Assembly: GCF_006345805.1 (NCBI RefSeq)
Contig: NC_043007.1
Coordinates: forward strand, 45,570,001-45,634,000
Direction of reading: 5' to 3'
Length of the DNA: 64,000 nucleotides
Origin: Octopus sinensis
Taxonomy: Eukaryota
Under the pieces are notes generated by a model. It made no database searches. It worked only from the letters and a program-made list of their open reading frames with translations, and had not been told where the DNA came from. The position numbers were made by a program, and so were the translations under genes. This document shows, piece after piece, positions 1 to 15,796 of this stretch. The stretch's first letter is position 1; each line of letters begins with the position of its first letter.

Positions 1-269
1 ACATATGTGTGTGCATGGGCGTACGTGTGTATGTGTGTGTTTGTGCATATAAGTATAATCATATATACACATATATATATATTTATATATCTGCACATAT
101 CTAGACATGCATACAATCACTTAGATTGATACGTAACTTATTTACAATGTACACATACGCACACAATATATATATATATGTATGTGTGTGTGTATAATAT
201 AAATAATATATAAATATATACATATATACATATATGTACATACCTACATATATATGAATATATACATGC

Positions 270-800
270 ATATATGGGTACAGGCCATCAAAAAACGTTG
301 AACACAATGAGAAACGAAAACATAAAGCAAAAACATAGAAACGAACTTTTTTTCGAACAACGAAAAAAAACAGAGAAACGAGACATACAACAAAAAGAAT
401 ATTTCTCTTCTTCAGTTGTCCATGTTTCATCTACTCCACGCTCCGAAGGCAAGCACAAGATGCGATTTCTTTGAAACAGTCCTTCCCGCAAAGCAAATGA
501 AATAAAATTTGGAATTTTTGCGGAAGGTGAAAGTGGTAACAAGAACAGGACAGTGAGAACAAAACAGTAAAAACAAACGGTGAGGGTTGTTAAGCCAAGA
601 CGATAGAAAAATTATTATGAATGCTAGGAAGACAAGCTTATGAAGGGGACAGTATAAGCACGTTTTGTCTTTACGAAGGTAGTGGGCAGAAAGACAGATT
701 ATCCTTCGTCACCTGTCTGCGATGAGAGAGTCGAGGAGGAAGAGTGAGAGAGAGGTAAGGGCGAAGAGCAAAGAAGAAGAATAGGGAAGAGTGGGAGAGA
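270..800 (-). mobile_element. Non-coding interspersed repeat, possibly a PLE terminal-repeat derivative
   Basis: Complex block between (TA)n tracts. The minus strand has a pyrimidine-rich start, a hairpin (ACGAAGG..CCTTCGT), a later CTGAAGAAG and a T-rich tail; layout resembles 11330-12045. Confidence 0.35.
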
Positions 801-922
801 AAACCAGAAGTGTGTGCGTATATGTATATATATATATACATGTATATACTTATGTAAATCTATCTACCTATCTATATATATGTAGAGACACAGAGAGAGA
901 AAGAGAGAGAGATATATGAAAA

Positions 923-989
<67 letters not shown>

Positions 990-999
990 ATATATATAT

Positions 1000-1071
<72 letters not shown>

Positions 1072-1389
1072 TATATTATACACATAAGTGCACAAATAAA
1101 AATCTATATTGTTTGGGGTTGTTTTCTTCTGTAAAGAAAGGGTCGGAACACCTGTTTTAAGACTGATACATATCGAAAGACCTAAACAGTTATGACAAAG
1201 AATTGACTTTTCAGAGGAGAAAGAACTGGGGGTTAATTCGTTAGTGTAAGACTAACGAAGGATGGAGGAGAAGCCATATCGGTGGCGATGAGAAGAGAAC
1301 AGACGAAGGAGTTAGCAGGACTTGAGGTGAGGCAAAAATAAACCAGCCAGCCTCTTCCAAAGAATGAGTATCATTGTCGTAGTGATAGA

Positions 1390-1625
1390 ACAACATGGTT
1401 CCAGGTTCAGTCCCACTGCGTGGCATCTTAAGCAGATATCTTCTACTATAGTCTCGGTCCAACCAAAGCCTTATGAGTGCACCTGGCAGACATCAACTGA
1501 AAGATGTCCGTCGTACATATATATATATATATATATGTGGTGTGTGTATGTGTGTGTTTGTGTGTGTGTGTGTGTGTGGTGTGTGTGTGAGTGTACACAT
1601 CTATGTCTGTGTGTCTTTGTTGTTC
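1390..1625 (+). mobile_element. SINE family A, partial
   Basis: catggttccaggttcagtcccactgcgtggc...cttctactatag...ccaaagcctt matches the full copies at 49818 and 53350. Confidence 0.85.
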
Positions 1626-2492
1626 ATGCATATTGATATTGCTTATGTGCTTTTGTGTAATGTCACCTTATAATTTTTACAACTAAACGAATAAAATGCA
1701 AAGCAAAGCGATTCTTCACTGCGTGCAATGAAACGGCTGTAAAGTTGAGACTATAACATATAAACTTGTGTAACAATACAGGCAGAAGTATTCCATACAC
1801 CTATGAATGTTTGCGTATCTTGCTTTATTGATATTCATTGAAACGTTTTCTGCTATGTAACTCACATGCTCTTTGAACACAATACTGTCAGTAAGAAGAT
1901 AGATTGTAATATTTGGAATTCTCCGAACACTAACCTGGTACCTAGCTACTCTTGCACATGCTTCCCATCCTCACATCGATCATACTTCTGTGTCTACACA
2001 CACACACACACGCACGCTCACGCATACACATATATCAATATATACATGCATACATACACACACACATACACACACAGACACACATATATATATATATGTG
2101 TGTGTGTAAAGAGAGAGAGAGAAAGAGATTGTGTGTGTTACAGGATTCATTAGAAAGACTTGTAAGGTACCATAACATTCAGTTCACAGTGAGGTAAATT
2201 AACCATTATTTGTCATGTGTTGGTAGTGAACTAAAGTATGCATATACATAGGAACGAAATCAAATACAAACCGTAGATTTGACTACGGATGATTCCAGGC
2301 GTGACGTAGGTATAGAAAAAAACATAGATGCGGTTTAAAATTTACAAATTTTTCCTCTTGTTAGAACGAGCAATTCTGCGACGGAGCGGCATCTCGTCAA
2401 GGGGTGGGATATAGATATATATGCCACAGAAAGCAGGAACCGGCATTATGAGTCTACATGATTCGGGTAGGAGCTTTACTCGTGTATATATA

Positions 2493-2526
<34 letters not shown>

Positions 2527-2529
2527 TAC

Positions 2530-2583
<54 letters not shown>

Positions 2584-2856
2584 AGAGAAAGAGAGTGATA
2601 AAAATATGCAACGTAAGTTAGTAACTTGAATATACGACCACGTCTTATTAGCAAACAAATATTTGTAACCTCAACATCACAACACCATAGTGAAACTATG
2701 ATTTTCGCAAGTCGCAACATGGCTGTGTAACAAAGATCCACAAGTCTGGTTTCATAATTTTTCTGCTGTTTTACTCGATTTCTTTTGATTTACTCGGTTT
2801 ATTGAAAAATGGTGTTGCACGGCTATTTATTCTAATTAAAATCTAGAGTCTAGAGT

Positions 2857-3148
2857 CATTGGTTCCCAAACTTTTTGAAGTTGTCGCCTCCTCGGCACCT
2901 AGGTCACATACCTAGTGTTCAACACCTCCCACCCAAACTCACCACCACAAACACAGACCACTTTCTGCAACAAATTCAAAACAACCGTATTTCATAAATA
3001 TGACTTAACCTAATTAAGCCATCATTATTATATTGTTTTCATCCATATTGTTTTTGGCCGCCACATTATCGCCCCAATTTTCTTCAACGCCCCACTAAGT
3101 CTTTCCATTATCCCAGTAGGGAACTACCGTCCACTTTCGGAATCGCTG
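2857..3148. mobile_element. hAT-type MITE (degenerate)
   Basis: Termini cattggttcccaaac / ctttcggaatcgctg resemble CAGTGGTTCCCAAA TIRs; TSD not clean. Confidence 0.6.
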
Positions 3149-3639
3149 ATCGAGATCAACAGTCCCAAAAGATTGAAAGGTCATTCCAGAGCCCATATGC
3201 ACAAAAAGGTGTTTTCACTGAATCTGTGGCATATATAAACCCATCTTGGATGGGACGCCAGTCGCTGGATTACAGTTTTGCAAGGAGAGAGAAAGAAGCA
3301 ACATGAAATCAAGAGCTTTTTTGCTCAACAGCACAATGCATTGCCTGGTCAAGGAATCGCAACTACGTCGCCCTAAATACTAAGTCAGGTACTTCCACAG
3401 ATAAAAAGTTAGAACAACATATTAGTCTGTATGTAATTGTTATATATGTGCGTGCATGTGTGTGCATACGTGTGCGTGTATGTAGGTATATAAAATAGCC
3501 ATCTGTGTACTATACTTAAAAAATATATACTAGTGAAAGACATGGTGGGCTTTGCTTATACTTTACTGTTTCAAATTACAACACTGAATATAAGTATGTA
3601 TGTGTATGTGTGTATACGCGTGCGTGTATATATATATGT

Positions 3640-3701
<62 letters not shown>

Positions 3702-3765
3702 ATATATATACATACATACATATATACATACACACATCACACAAACACAATCATCTATCTATCTA

Positions 3766-3817
<52 letters not shown>

Positions 3818-4814
3818 CATACATACATATCCATTTTTGAGGTTGTCGCCTCATCACACGCACACATCTATCTATATATATGTATTCATACGTGCATACA
3901 CATGGGGATATAGACTCATGGATATAAATATATATTGAAATGATGATTGAAAGCCGATGAATGTTCCATAACAGGCAAAGATTATTATCATATGTAACGT
4001 ATTCCAGTATCGTTTCTTTACATGTAGGTTTAACCCCAGTTAAATTAAAGTGTTAGGTTACACGTTGAATAGGGATGGTAGAGTTGATGACTAGATTGAT
4101 AAATCTGATGGTGAGGAAAATGCTCAAAGTAATAATGAGGATGAAGGTGATGATAATGGTCGCAATGACAATGTGATGATGATGATGATGATGATGATGA
4201 TGAGGATGAGGATAAAGACAATAATCATGATGATGATGACGACGACGACTACAGCGACAATGATGGGAAATAGAAGGAGGGAAAAGATGAAGATGATGGT
4301 ACTACTTCTGCTACTGATGATGATAATGATAATGATGATGATGATGATAATGATGATGATGATGGTGGTGGTGATGAAGATGGTGACGACGACGCCGACG
4401 GTGACAGCTTCAGCGAGCTTGATAACGGTGATAACGATAAGTCATAATGATGATGATGTTACTTCTGATGCTGACGCTGATGTTGGTATTGATGATGATG
4501 ATGATGATGATAATGATGGTGATGATGGTATGGCAGGTTTTATCATTTAAATATAAATCATTCATGCAAATTCCATCTGTATCCTTTCAAAAGCACACAC
4601 ATACTCGCATTCTTACGCTCACACACCTTACACACCACGCGCAATTACTCACGCATGTGTATGTATGTATGTAGCTTCATCCTACACATATGTGAAGCTG
4701 TTGAATACAGGGGAAAATGTGGTCTGTGTAGAAATTAATGCGGTAACAGAGATTCCAAACTTTTGAAATGTTCTTAACCCAAAGATTTCCAACAGCCAAC
4801 GTTGTTTGGACGAG

Positions 4815-4950
4815 TGTACGCATCAGATAAATCCACTTCACTGAACAAGGGTGGCTGCTCTAAACTTAGAGGGAAGGGTAAGGCATGCTGGTTGGGTGCC
4901 ACGTACGCACCTAACTTCAAAAGCATACATGCTGACATAGTCCGAAAATA
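4815..4950 (-). pseudogene. Ty3/Gypsy reverse transcriptase remnant
   Basis: Translation NQHALPFP...LFSEVDLSDAY resembles the Gypsy RT motif PLP...FSkiDLsdAY; short and isolated. Confidence 0.5.
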
Positions 4951-5058
4951 TACGTACACTAGACTCCGTTAAACACACGTTTTATACACGCACATACATA
5001 TATAGATGTATTTGTGCTCATATATATATATCCATATATATATGTACGTATGTATGTA

Positions 5059-5123
<65 letters not shown>

Positions 5124-5129
5124 TATATT

Positions 5130-5351
5130 ACTCTTTTACTCTTTTACTCTTTCATTTGCTTCAGTCATTTGAATGTGGCTATGCTGAGCACCGTCTTTAG
5201 TCGAGCAAGTCGACCCCAGAACTTATTGTTTGTAAGCCTAGTACTTTTTCTATCGGTCACTTTTGCCGAAGCGCTAAGTTACGGGGACGTAAACACACCA
5301 GTATCGGTTGTCATCCGACGTTGGGGGGGGGGGGCAAGCAGAGGCACACAA

Positions 5352-5410
<59 letters not shown>

Positions 5411-5590
5411 AATACACACATATATACGACGAGCTTCTTTCAGTTTCCGTCTACCAAATCCACTTACAAGGCTTTGGTCGACCCGAGGCTATTGTAGAAA
5501 ACACTCGCCGAAGGTGTCACGCAGTGGGACTGAACCCGAAACGATATGGTTGGTAAGTAAGCTACTTACCACACAGCCACTCCTACGCCT
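5130..5590 (-). mobile_element. SINE family A, full length
   Basis: Reverse complement of the 53350 copy: tRNA-like head, internal (CA)n, (GTAAAAGA)n tail. Confidence 0.92.
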
Positions 5591-5624
5591 ATATATATAT
5601 ATATACATATATACATATATATAT

Positions 5625-7568
<1,944 letters not shown>

Positions 7569-7580
7569 TATATATATATA

Positions 7581-7611
<31 letters not shown>

Positions 7612-8309
7612 GCACACGTGTGTATGCACTTGTAGTGATTGATATTCTTTCACATTTTGTTTTATGTTCCTCGCAGTTTGTTTGGAAGAATGGAGTTCCA
7701 AAATCCCAAAGACATCTAAATCTTCGACTTCAAAATTGGAATGGTTAAATAGTTTGTTTCGGTATATTTTCGTGCCACTCTGTATTACTGGCAGAGGAAA
7801 GAGAAAAGCTGTTTCATTCGTGTAAATATTACCTTCGGAATTTCAAAGTTTGACCGTTAACCGATTTTTCTTAACAGCCGAGAAGCGTTTTTTTTTCTGT
7901 GTGAGTAATGCATGTTATCTGTGTATTTATTTTATCGGCGTTTTTATTACCGTTTCTGTCGTCAAGGAATTTGGGAACGTTGCTCTTTCAAACAAATTCT
8001 AAGGAACTCACAAGAATAAATGAATAAACACAGAGTGAAATTTCCTTTTTAATACAACACAAACAACTTATGTATGCGAAGTCCAATTACAAATGCCTTC
8101 TACGTTGAAGCTGGCTTACGAAATAAGTCGCGAGTTCGGTTTTCAGAAGTAAGACATACCCCAGCGCTAGACAGACATTTCTCTTTGTGTTTAACTGCTC
8201 TGGGTTTTACAAGTTATTTATTTAACTTATCTTATTCACTAAATGCTTCAGTCCTACACAGCCCTACATACACAAAGCTACAGTTAAACACTAAGTATTG
8301 TAAAAACTT

Positions 8310-8512
8310 TGGCGGCGAGCTGGCAGAATCTTTAGCATACTGGGAAAGATGCTTGGTAGCATTTCGTCTCTGTATGTTCTGAGTTCTAATTCCACCGAGG
8401 TCGATTTTGCCTTTCACCCTTTCAAGGTCGATAAAATAAGTACAAGTTGAGTACTAGAATCGATGTAATTGACTTACTCATGTAATTACACTTGTGTTAA
8501 CATTTCAAACCA
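8310..8512 (+). mobile_element. SINE family B
   Basis: ggcggcgagctggcagaatc...gttctgagttctaattccaccgaggtcgattttgcctttca...gtcgataaaataagtac; many similar copies in the window. Confidence 0.88.
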
Positions 8513-8897
8513 ATGGTCCAGCAGAGCTAAGAATGAATACCGACCTACAGTTCTTTGAAGTACGTCCTAACGGGAGTTGGAAGATGCACGAACATCTTAA
8601 ATTCAAAATTATCTTGCCAACAAATTTTCAATTCACAACGTTCATGATTCACACAGTCACATTATATTGATAACTTATCGCAAGATATTGTTGATAACAG
8701 TTGTTCAGAAAATGCATTTAACTCATTCTTGGACGATGGGTAAATACGTGCAGTTGATAACATTTTATTCAAGTTTCTGAAATTCGTAAATCGTCAAAAG
8801 CCAAACAAATTGAATGCACCGGCTGGATGATGAGAAAGAGAAATAGACAATAATACATACATACATACCTGCATACATACATACATACATACATACA

Positions 8898-8929
<32 letters not shown>

Positions 8930-8963
8930 CATACATACATACATACATACATACATACATACA

Positions 8964-8995
<32 letters not shown>

Positions 8996-9079
8996 ATACT
9001 ATAATAACTATATAATAAGTACAAGTTCAGTTCTGGAGTCGATGTAATATTATATTATATTATATTATATTATATATTA

Positions 9080-10165
9080 GAAGCCACTTGATGCAACTTT
9101 CGGGCATCAGTCTGCCGACCGGCATCATTGGGTGACGGCGTACTGCCACATGGTACGTCATTGTTTTGCAGTGTTTCTCTCTTGTTCGTCGATTTTTGCG
9201 AAGGAAGGGCGTGCTTTCATGAAATTCTGTTTTCTGCTGGGGAAGCGACCACAGAAACAGTTGTTGTGCTTCAAACAGCTTACAAGAACGCTATGCTATG
9301 AACAAAACAGAAGTTAACGAAAATCATGAAGTGACCTTGGAGGACCGTCGCCAAACAGCTGACGAACTTGTTGATATGACTAGTGTATCCTGGAAATCCT
9401 AGCAACGAATTTTGAGCGAGGAATTGCGAAAGAAAAGAGCTGCAGCAAAATTTGTGCCTCGCTTGGAAGATCAAAAGCAGTCACGGGTGAATGCGTGTCG
9501 TGAACTGAAAGAACAGTCGGAAGTTTATCAGGATCGTTTTTCGAAGGTCATCACTAGTGACAAAAGCTGGTGCTACGGCTACGACCCGGAAACGAAGCAG
9601 CAACCAAGTTGGAAGCATTTAATGTCACCACACCACGAAAAAGCGCGTCAAGTGAATTCCAATATCAAGACGATGTTGATTTGTTTCATCGATGCGAAAG
9701 GAATTGTTCACACAGAATTTGTTCTTTCAGGTGAAACTGCTAAATAGAAATTTTACTTGGGAGTTCTGAAGCGTTTGCGAGACGCGGTGAGACGAAAACT
9801 ACCCGACCTGTGGCAAAGTGGGAAGTGGTGGTTTTATCACAATATGCTTGCCTACACCACCATGAGTGTATGACAGTTTTTAACCAAAAATGGCATGACA
9901 CTGCTTACCCACCCACACTATTCACTTGCTCCCTGCGACGTTTTTTGGTTCCCCCATATAAAAAAGCCCTTAAAGGAAAACGTTTTGCAGATGTGGAAGA
10001 GGTGAAGAAAAAAGGGAGGTGTTAAAAGGCATCACTTGGCAAGAGCTCTAGGACAGATGCATTGCTTCAAATGGCGAATACTCTGAAGGCGATAAAAGTT
10101 TAAACATGTAAAACTAAGCAAATAAAAAAATATTGCAAAATCCGGTTTCTTTTGAGCACCCCTCG
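9080..10165 (+). mobile_element. Mariner transposon remnant with right TIR
   Basis: KVITSDKSWCYGYDPETKQQ, MLICFIDAKGIVHTEFV and LKGKRFADVEEVK with frameshifts; ends ttttgagcacccctcg followed by TA. Confidence 0.92.
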
Positions 10166-10263
10166 TATATAGTGTAAAATGTGATGATCAAGATAATAAC
10201 ATGAGAAGGAACTTTTTTAACAAATTAGGTATCGGCTTAACGCTGCGATGGAAAGAGAAACTG

Positions 10264-10304
<41 letters not shown>

Positions 10305-10422
10305 GTATGTACGTATATGCATATATACTTATATATAATGTAGGTCAAGGTACGAGTGAGAACATAAACATTGGAGGGATGATAATATCCAATGCAAGCA
10401 CATACATATAGAGTATTATTAA

Positions 10423-10924
10423 TCTATATATATAAAACTCTAGTTGTGTGAGTGTCTGTCCCCTTCGATTTAGATTCCTAACTCCTCCCACATTTTGCGG
10501 TGCAGTTTAACCAAATTCGGGTATCTTATAGTCGTGATTCATATCGAGCCCGTCTGGGTATTAGCGCGCATCAACGATGAGTCTACGATTTTAAAAATAA
10601 TTTAACATCATTTTTTATTCCATTTTAATGCATAAAATGCATCGTGTGTCGATGGCGGCGGAGTTGGCGTTCACGCTCACAGCTGCACCTGTTTGCTTCT
10701 CCCCCTTCTTCCCTCCCTTATGAAGCTGTGGGGAAGGGAGTGTAAAGAAATCAACGTCGTAATGAAGGAGACCAGCGTTCTTTTAGAACAACGACTTCAT
10801 GGTTTGAAGACACCAAAACAAAAATGGCTAAGAAAGCCCGAATTTATAAGGGAAGTAACTCTCTAAACATGCTTATATAGTTATTTCCCTTACAAACCCG
10901 AGCAACGCCGGGCGATACTGCTAG
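10423..10924 (+). mobile_element. Non-autonomous Helitron, complete termini
   Basis: 5' A|TCTATATATATAAAA; 3' hairpin cccgagcaacgccggg then CTAG|T; inserted between A and T with no TSD. Confidence 0.9.
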
Positions 10925-11218
10925 TATTAAATAAAATTTGGTTAATGCTGCGAGTGATGAATTGAAACAATTGTACGTCTGGTCTTGTCAATGTTAATAA
11001 ACTTTTATTAATCTTATCACCATCTCTCTTGTTATATATATATATCTTTTGTATCATCTGTCTCGATGTTTTGCGTTCTTGTCCCATTTTTTGTATTCCT
11101 TTATATATACATATGGCGACGTACGTACACTTTGGTCTTTTATATGTAAGTATATATAGATATGTATATATATGTATATATATATATATATGTATATATA
11201 TATACATATATATACATA

Positions 11219-11315
<97 letters not shown>

Positions 11316-11329
11316 ATATAAGTTTTGCT

Positions 11330-12045
11330 CGACTCTCTTATTCTTTCATTCTTTCTTTCTATCAGCCCCTTCACACTTCGTTCTTTCCACTCTTCTTCTT
11401 TTCGTTCCCCTTCTCTCACATTTCCTGGCTTTCTCTTCATTCTTACCTTCCCTCCTCTTTCACTTTACTCCCTCCCTTTTTCTCTCGTCTGTCCTTAATT
11501 CTTCTGTCCTTCTGCCTCTACCTCTCTTCTCTCTACCCACGTGACCGGTGATCGACCAAGCCTGACCTTTCTTTCTTGGTTCGACTACCATCCGTGCAAC
11601 ATTTATATTCCTCCCATGCCTGTCCCCAGTTATATCCTTGCCGCAAGGCTTCGCTTCCACCACCGCCAGCTTAATTTAATTCCGCCTTATTCAAAAGACA
11701 CCTGTTGTCATGTCCTGTTATTTGCATTTGTATTTGTGTACCATTTCTCCGTTTTTTCCGTCCTTCTTTTTGTATACATTCGCTGCTCTCTTCCAAGGAA
11801 TCTGATGCTCATCGCTTAGTTTTTCCTTGGGGCTGGCCAGATTGGAATAATCTCGAGTATAACCAGCTGAAATTGCAAAGATAATCTGGAACTCGACTGA
11901 GGAAAGAACATTTCGGATGACCCGTTCGTGTTTTTTCTTGTCCCTCTTTTGTATAATTTGCGTGGATGATTTGTTGTCCCTTTTTTGTATCATCTAGCTG
12001 TCTGGATGTTTTGTGTTCTTGTCCCATTTTTTGTATTCCTTTATA
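11330..12045 (+). mobile_element. Non-coding interspersed repeat with upstream direct copy of its tail
   Basis: Tail at about 11985-12045 (gatgttttgYgttcttgtcccattttttgtattcctttat) is repeated at about 11046-11103; flanked by (TA)n; internal hairpin ACCAAG/CTTGGT. Confidence 0.5.
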
Positions 12046-12659
12046 TATATATATATGTGTGTGTGTGGTGTGTGTGTGTGTGTGTGTGTGTGCGTATAGA
12101 CGTACACACCGGAGCAACTTGCTGTGGTCGCACCACACGAATGAAATAGTAGGCAAATTTCCCTCTGATTAGCGTACTACTTCCTTAACTCTGCTCACCA
12201 CACATTGGTGAACTACATAATTTATTTGGATAAGCGTAGCGTCAAAATTACAACGTGTGTTGAAATAGAAGACCTTGCAAATAATTCTTCATTTATTGAG
12301 TAACGCAATTTATTATTTATTCGTTTACGTGTTCCACTCACTAAACTGTGGCCATGCAGGGGCAATACCTTGATGGTTTATGCCTGTAAAATTGACCGGG
12401 GAATTTATTTTCAGTCTGCTGAATATGTCTTTGTCCTTTTTGCCGAACCATTTCGCCAAAGGGACATAGAGAAATCAACACAGTTTGTCAATTGGTGAGA
12501 GAGAAACACAAAGATATACATAAAACTCACACACCTACACACCTACACACCTACAAAAACCCGTACAAACACACTGGCAATCTGTCGATTGCAACAATTA
12601 TGCAAACACATATCTGTAAATAGAACAAGCCGCTACACAATGTCCGGAAATTCACTCAC

Positions 12660-12840
12660 AAAACATAGGAGTGTGGAAACTATTCCCTTGATCAGATGAA
12701 CTGGAACACTAACTGTGAAATTAACTGCACAGACGGACTTCTCATGGTGATTCAGCGTGGAACAAAATGTGACAACACTGGCACCTTTCAATTGAAGGAA
12801 CTACTCATTTTTGCCAGCTGAGTGGACTGGAGCAACGTAA
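12660..12840 (-). mobile_element. SINE family C fragment
   Basis: Reverse complement of the body of 50994-51284 (ttgctccagtccactcagctgg...aaatgagta). Confidence 0.7.
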
Positions 12841-13204
12841 AAATAGTACATCAATGACAGGGAGTAAAAAAAAATACATACAATAAAGTAAAATATATGC
12901 ATAAGTACACATAAATATTTCCATACCTACATTTGTGATCCTGTGAACACACACACATACGCAGTTAAGTAGGTGTCATTGTCATTAAATTTAATGATAA
13001 ACATCCAGCCAGTCTCGTCTCCCGCTGTGATGCCAAGTACAATCTGGAATCCGTCTCTATTATTTGTTATGTACTGGACAAACACTGAAGAGTTCCTGGG
13101 GTGGATCCAGCGACAATTGTGTAAATACCGCGGATGACGTCATGTAGCCACAGGCAGTGATCGTGCTTCACCGGCTAACTGCTATATACATACCCAATGC
13201 TTAG

Positions 13205-13280
<76 letters not shown>

Positions 13281-13514
13281 CATACATATATATATAGTTA
13301 ATAAAAACATACATATATATATATATATTATATATATATATATAATATATATATATATATAGATATATATATATATATATATATACATATATATTGTTAA
13401 TACATACATACATACATATATACATATATATATATATAGAATGGATAGAATAAGAACGAGTCTATTACGTTTACTGCATGTGTTTTCACCTATCTATCTA
13501 TCTATGAATCTATC

Positions 13515-13545
<31 letters not shown>

Positions 13546-13959
13546 TTATCTATGTACATATATATACACGTAAATATACACGTAAATATACGTACATAGG
13601 CGTATAAACACTCACACATGCACACACACTCACCCATAGACACGTTAACGCATTCATAGACAACCATATTGTACACCATATGTTTAACGTTGCAAATTGC
13701 AACATGTTCCTTTGTAAGGTGGTGCGTGATACTACGCATGCGTTGGCGTAAGATACACAGGTATAAACGTATGCGTATACATATGTATACATAGACATAT
13801 CTGTGTGTGTGTGTGTGTGTGCGTATTCTCTTATTATTCAATTTAGTCAACCATATGGATCCAATACTTATTTTCCAATAGCGTATTTATTACATCGATT
13901 TGTATATGTCGACCAACCAATGTTACAGAATATATGCGCGTCCACTAACAAACGCACAA

Positions 13960-13992
<33 letters not shown>

Positions 13993-14535
13993 CATATAAA
14001 TATAGACATACATATTTATATCTCTATGAGTATATATACATGTGTATGTGTGTATGTATATGCAAACATATTAATTCATATATATATATTTAGAAGTGAG
14101 GACGAGTCTCTTCCTAATTTGAATATCTGATTATCTAATTCAGAATGTAAACTATCAAGCGCATGACATTTCTCCTCCCTTTATTTATTCATTTAATTGT
14201 TCTATCTTAGGAATTTAATTGTTCCCGTTCTTTTGGGTGTAGAAATACCCTCCAATTCTTTATTATAAAGCGTAGTTACATCCAATTCAAGTATAGCTTT
14301 GTTTTCTGTATTCCATACATTATTCCATATATGAAAAATGACGGTTTCTTCCAGCATCTCTAACTATCTCCAGGCATAGTTGTACGGTTAAATAGTTGAC
14401 TTTAGAAGCATGAAGTTTCGGCGTCTCAGTACCACTGCCTTGCAGCATGAGTAATGCCTTATGAATGTATAATGAATATGGTGGGCGGAAACTACGAGGA
14501 AGCTCAATTTTAACTCTTTGAGAAAAAAATCTCTC

Positions 14536-14570
<35 letters not shown>

Positions 14571-14637
14571 TGTATACAGTTATACGCAATGTGATACCAT
14601 ACAGGAAAAATATAATCGTCACTAAACGCTAATATAT

Positions 14638-14956
14638 GGGTGTCAAGAAAACTACATAACTAGAAATAGAAGCTAAAATGCCGCTAATGATGAGAAAAGT
14701 ACATAAATGAATACATTTATGGTGAATACATATATGCTGACAAGAGGATTGGCCCGGAATCTGCTAAACGAGCGGTCCTTACTGATGAAGGTTACGAAAA
14801 TAGCCGATACTGGACTTTCAGTCTAAGGAATTCCCGACTCAGCATTTTTGCCGATTGCAGCCTCTGTGATCTTATATATATACATTTATGTGCTTTTCCA
14901 ACACCATTAGGAGCAGTTTAGCTCTTATTTCTAGCAATGTAGGTGCCTTGACACCC
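14638..14956 (+). mobile_element. Short PLE-like non-autonomous element with imperfect inverted ends
   Basis: 14638-14713 is an imperfect reverse complement of 14878-14956; a hammerhead motif lies between. Confidence 0.65.
14776..14829 (+). ncRNA. Type I hammerhead ribozyme motif, one core substitution
   Basis: TCCTTA-CTGATGA-A-GGTTA(cgaaaa)TAGCC-GATA-CTG(gacttt)CAG-TC-TAAGGA: stems I, II and III all pair; GATA replaces GAAA. Confidence 0.75.
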
Positions 14957-15690
14957 GTAGTCGCGTTCCTATAACGTAGCCGTACAACAAATGATCCATA
15001 TAAAAATTATCTGACATAACATAAATTCTGAAGTTGACTCTATCGAAAAGCATTGAAGGCGATTCCAGAGAACAGCCGCAATCCAAAGACGTAAACGAGT
15101 AGTACTAAAAAAAAGAAGCAAAATACAAAAAGAAAATGTTGTAAGGCTTGGTGGAAGCGTTCAAATCTAATTTAAGTTGGTCATCCTATTCTATTCTCTT
15201 CCTGCCACCCGGAAAATCGATGGATATACATTTCAATACATTCACATCTACAGCCCATGTACAATTAGTGGTTTCAAGTTGATTTAAGTATTTTAGAAAA
15301 TATTTAATTTGACTTAAAATTAAAAATGATTCATGAGATATCTTAACGCGATATAAAGACGTACTTCTAAAGATGGCGAAAGTAAAAGGTGAGTATAAAG
15401 AAAAGAACTCCGCTTTAACCAGAGTCGAACTTTTGCCCTCTGTCTTACTTTAAACGATAAATAATTACTTGTAACGCGGAAATATTTTGTTTTTAAAGAT
15501 TAAAGCTATTTCACTAAACAGTAGGTGTAGAAGCTGAAATGTCACGCGAATGACAGGAAATAGTACACATGTACACTCACATATGCTATACGTTTGTGTG
15601 TGTCGGAGGCGTGTGTGTACGTGTTTGTGTGGGGGTGAGTGTCTCGTGTGTGTCTGTGTGGGCGCGCGTGGGTGTGTATGTTGTATATAT

Positions 15691-15761
<71 letters not shown>

Positions 15762-15764
15762 TAT

Positions 15765-15796
<32 letters not shown>

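Noticed and set aside
10948-10982. TGATGA..GAAACAATTGTA hammerhead-like motif
   Set aside because: C3 and stem II absent; at most a remnant.
13084-13132. CTGAAGA plus hairpin as a hammerhead
   Set aside because: No GAAA after the stem and no convincing stem III.
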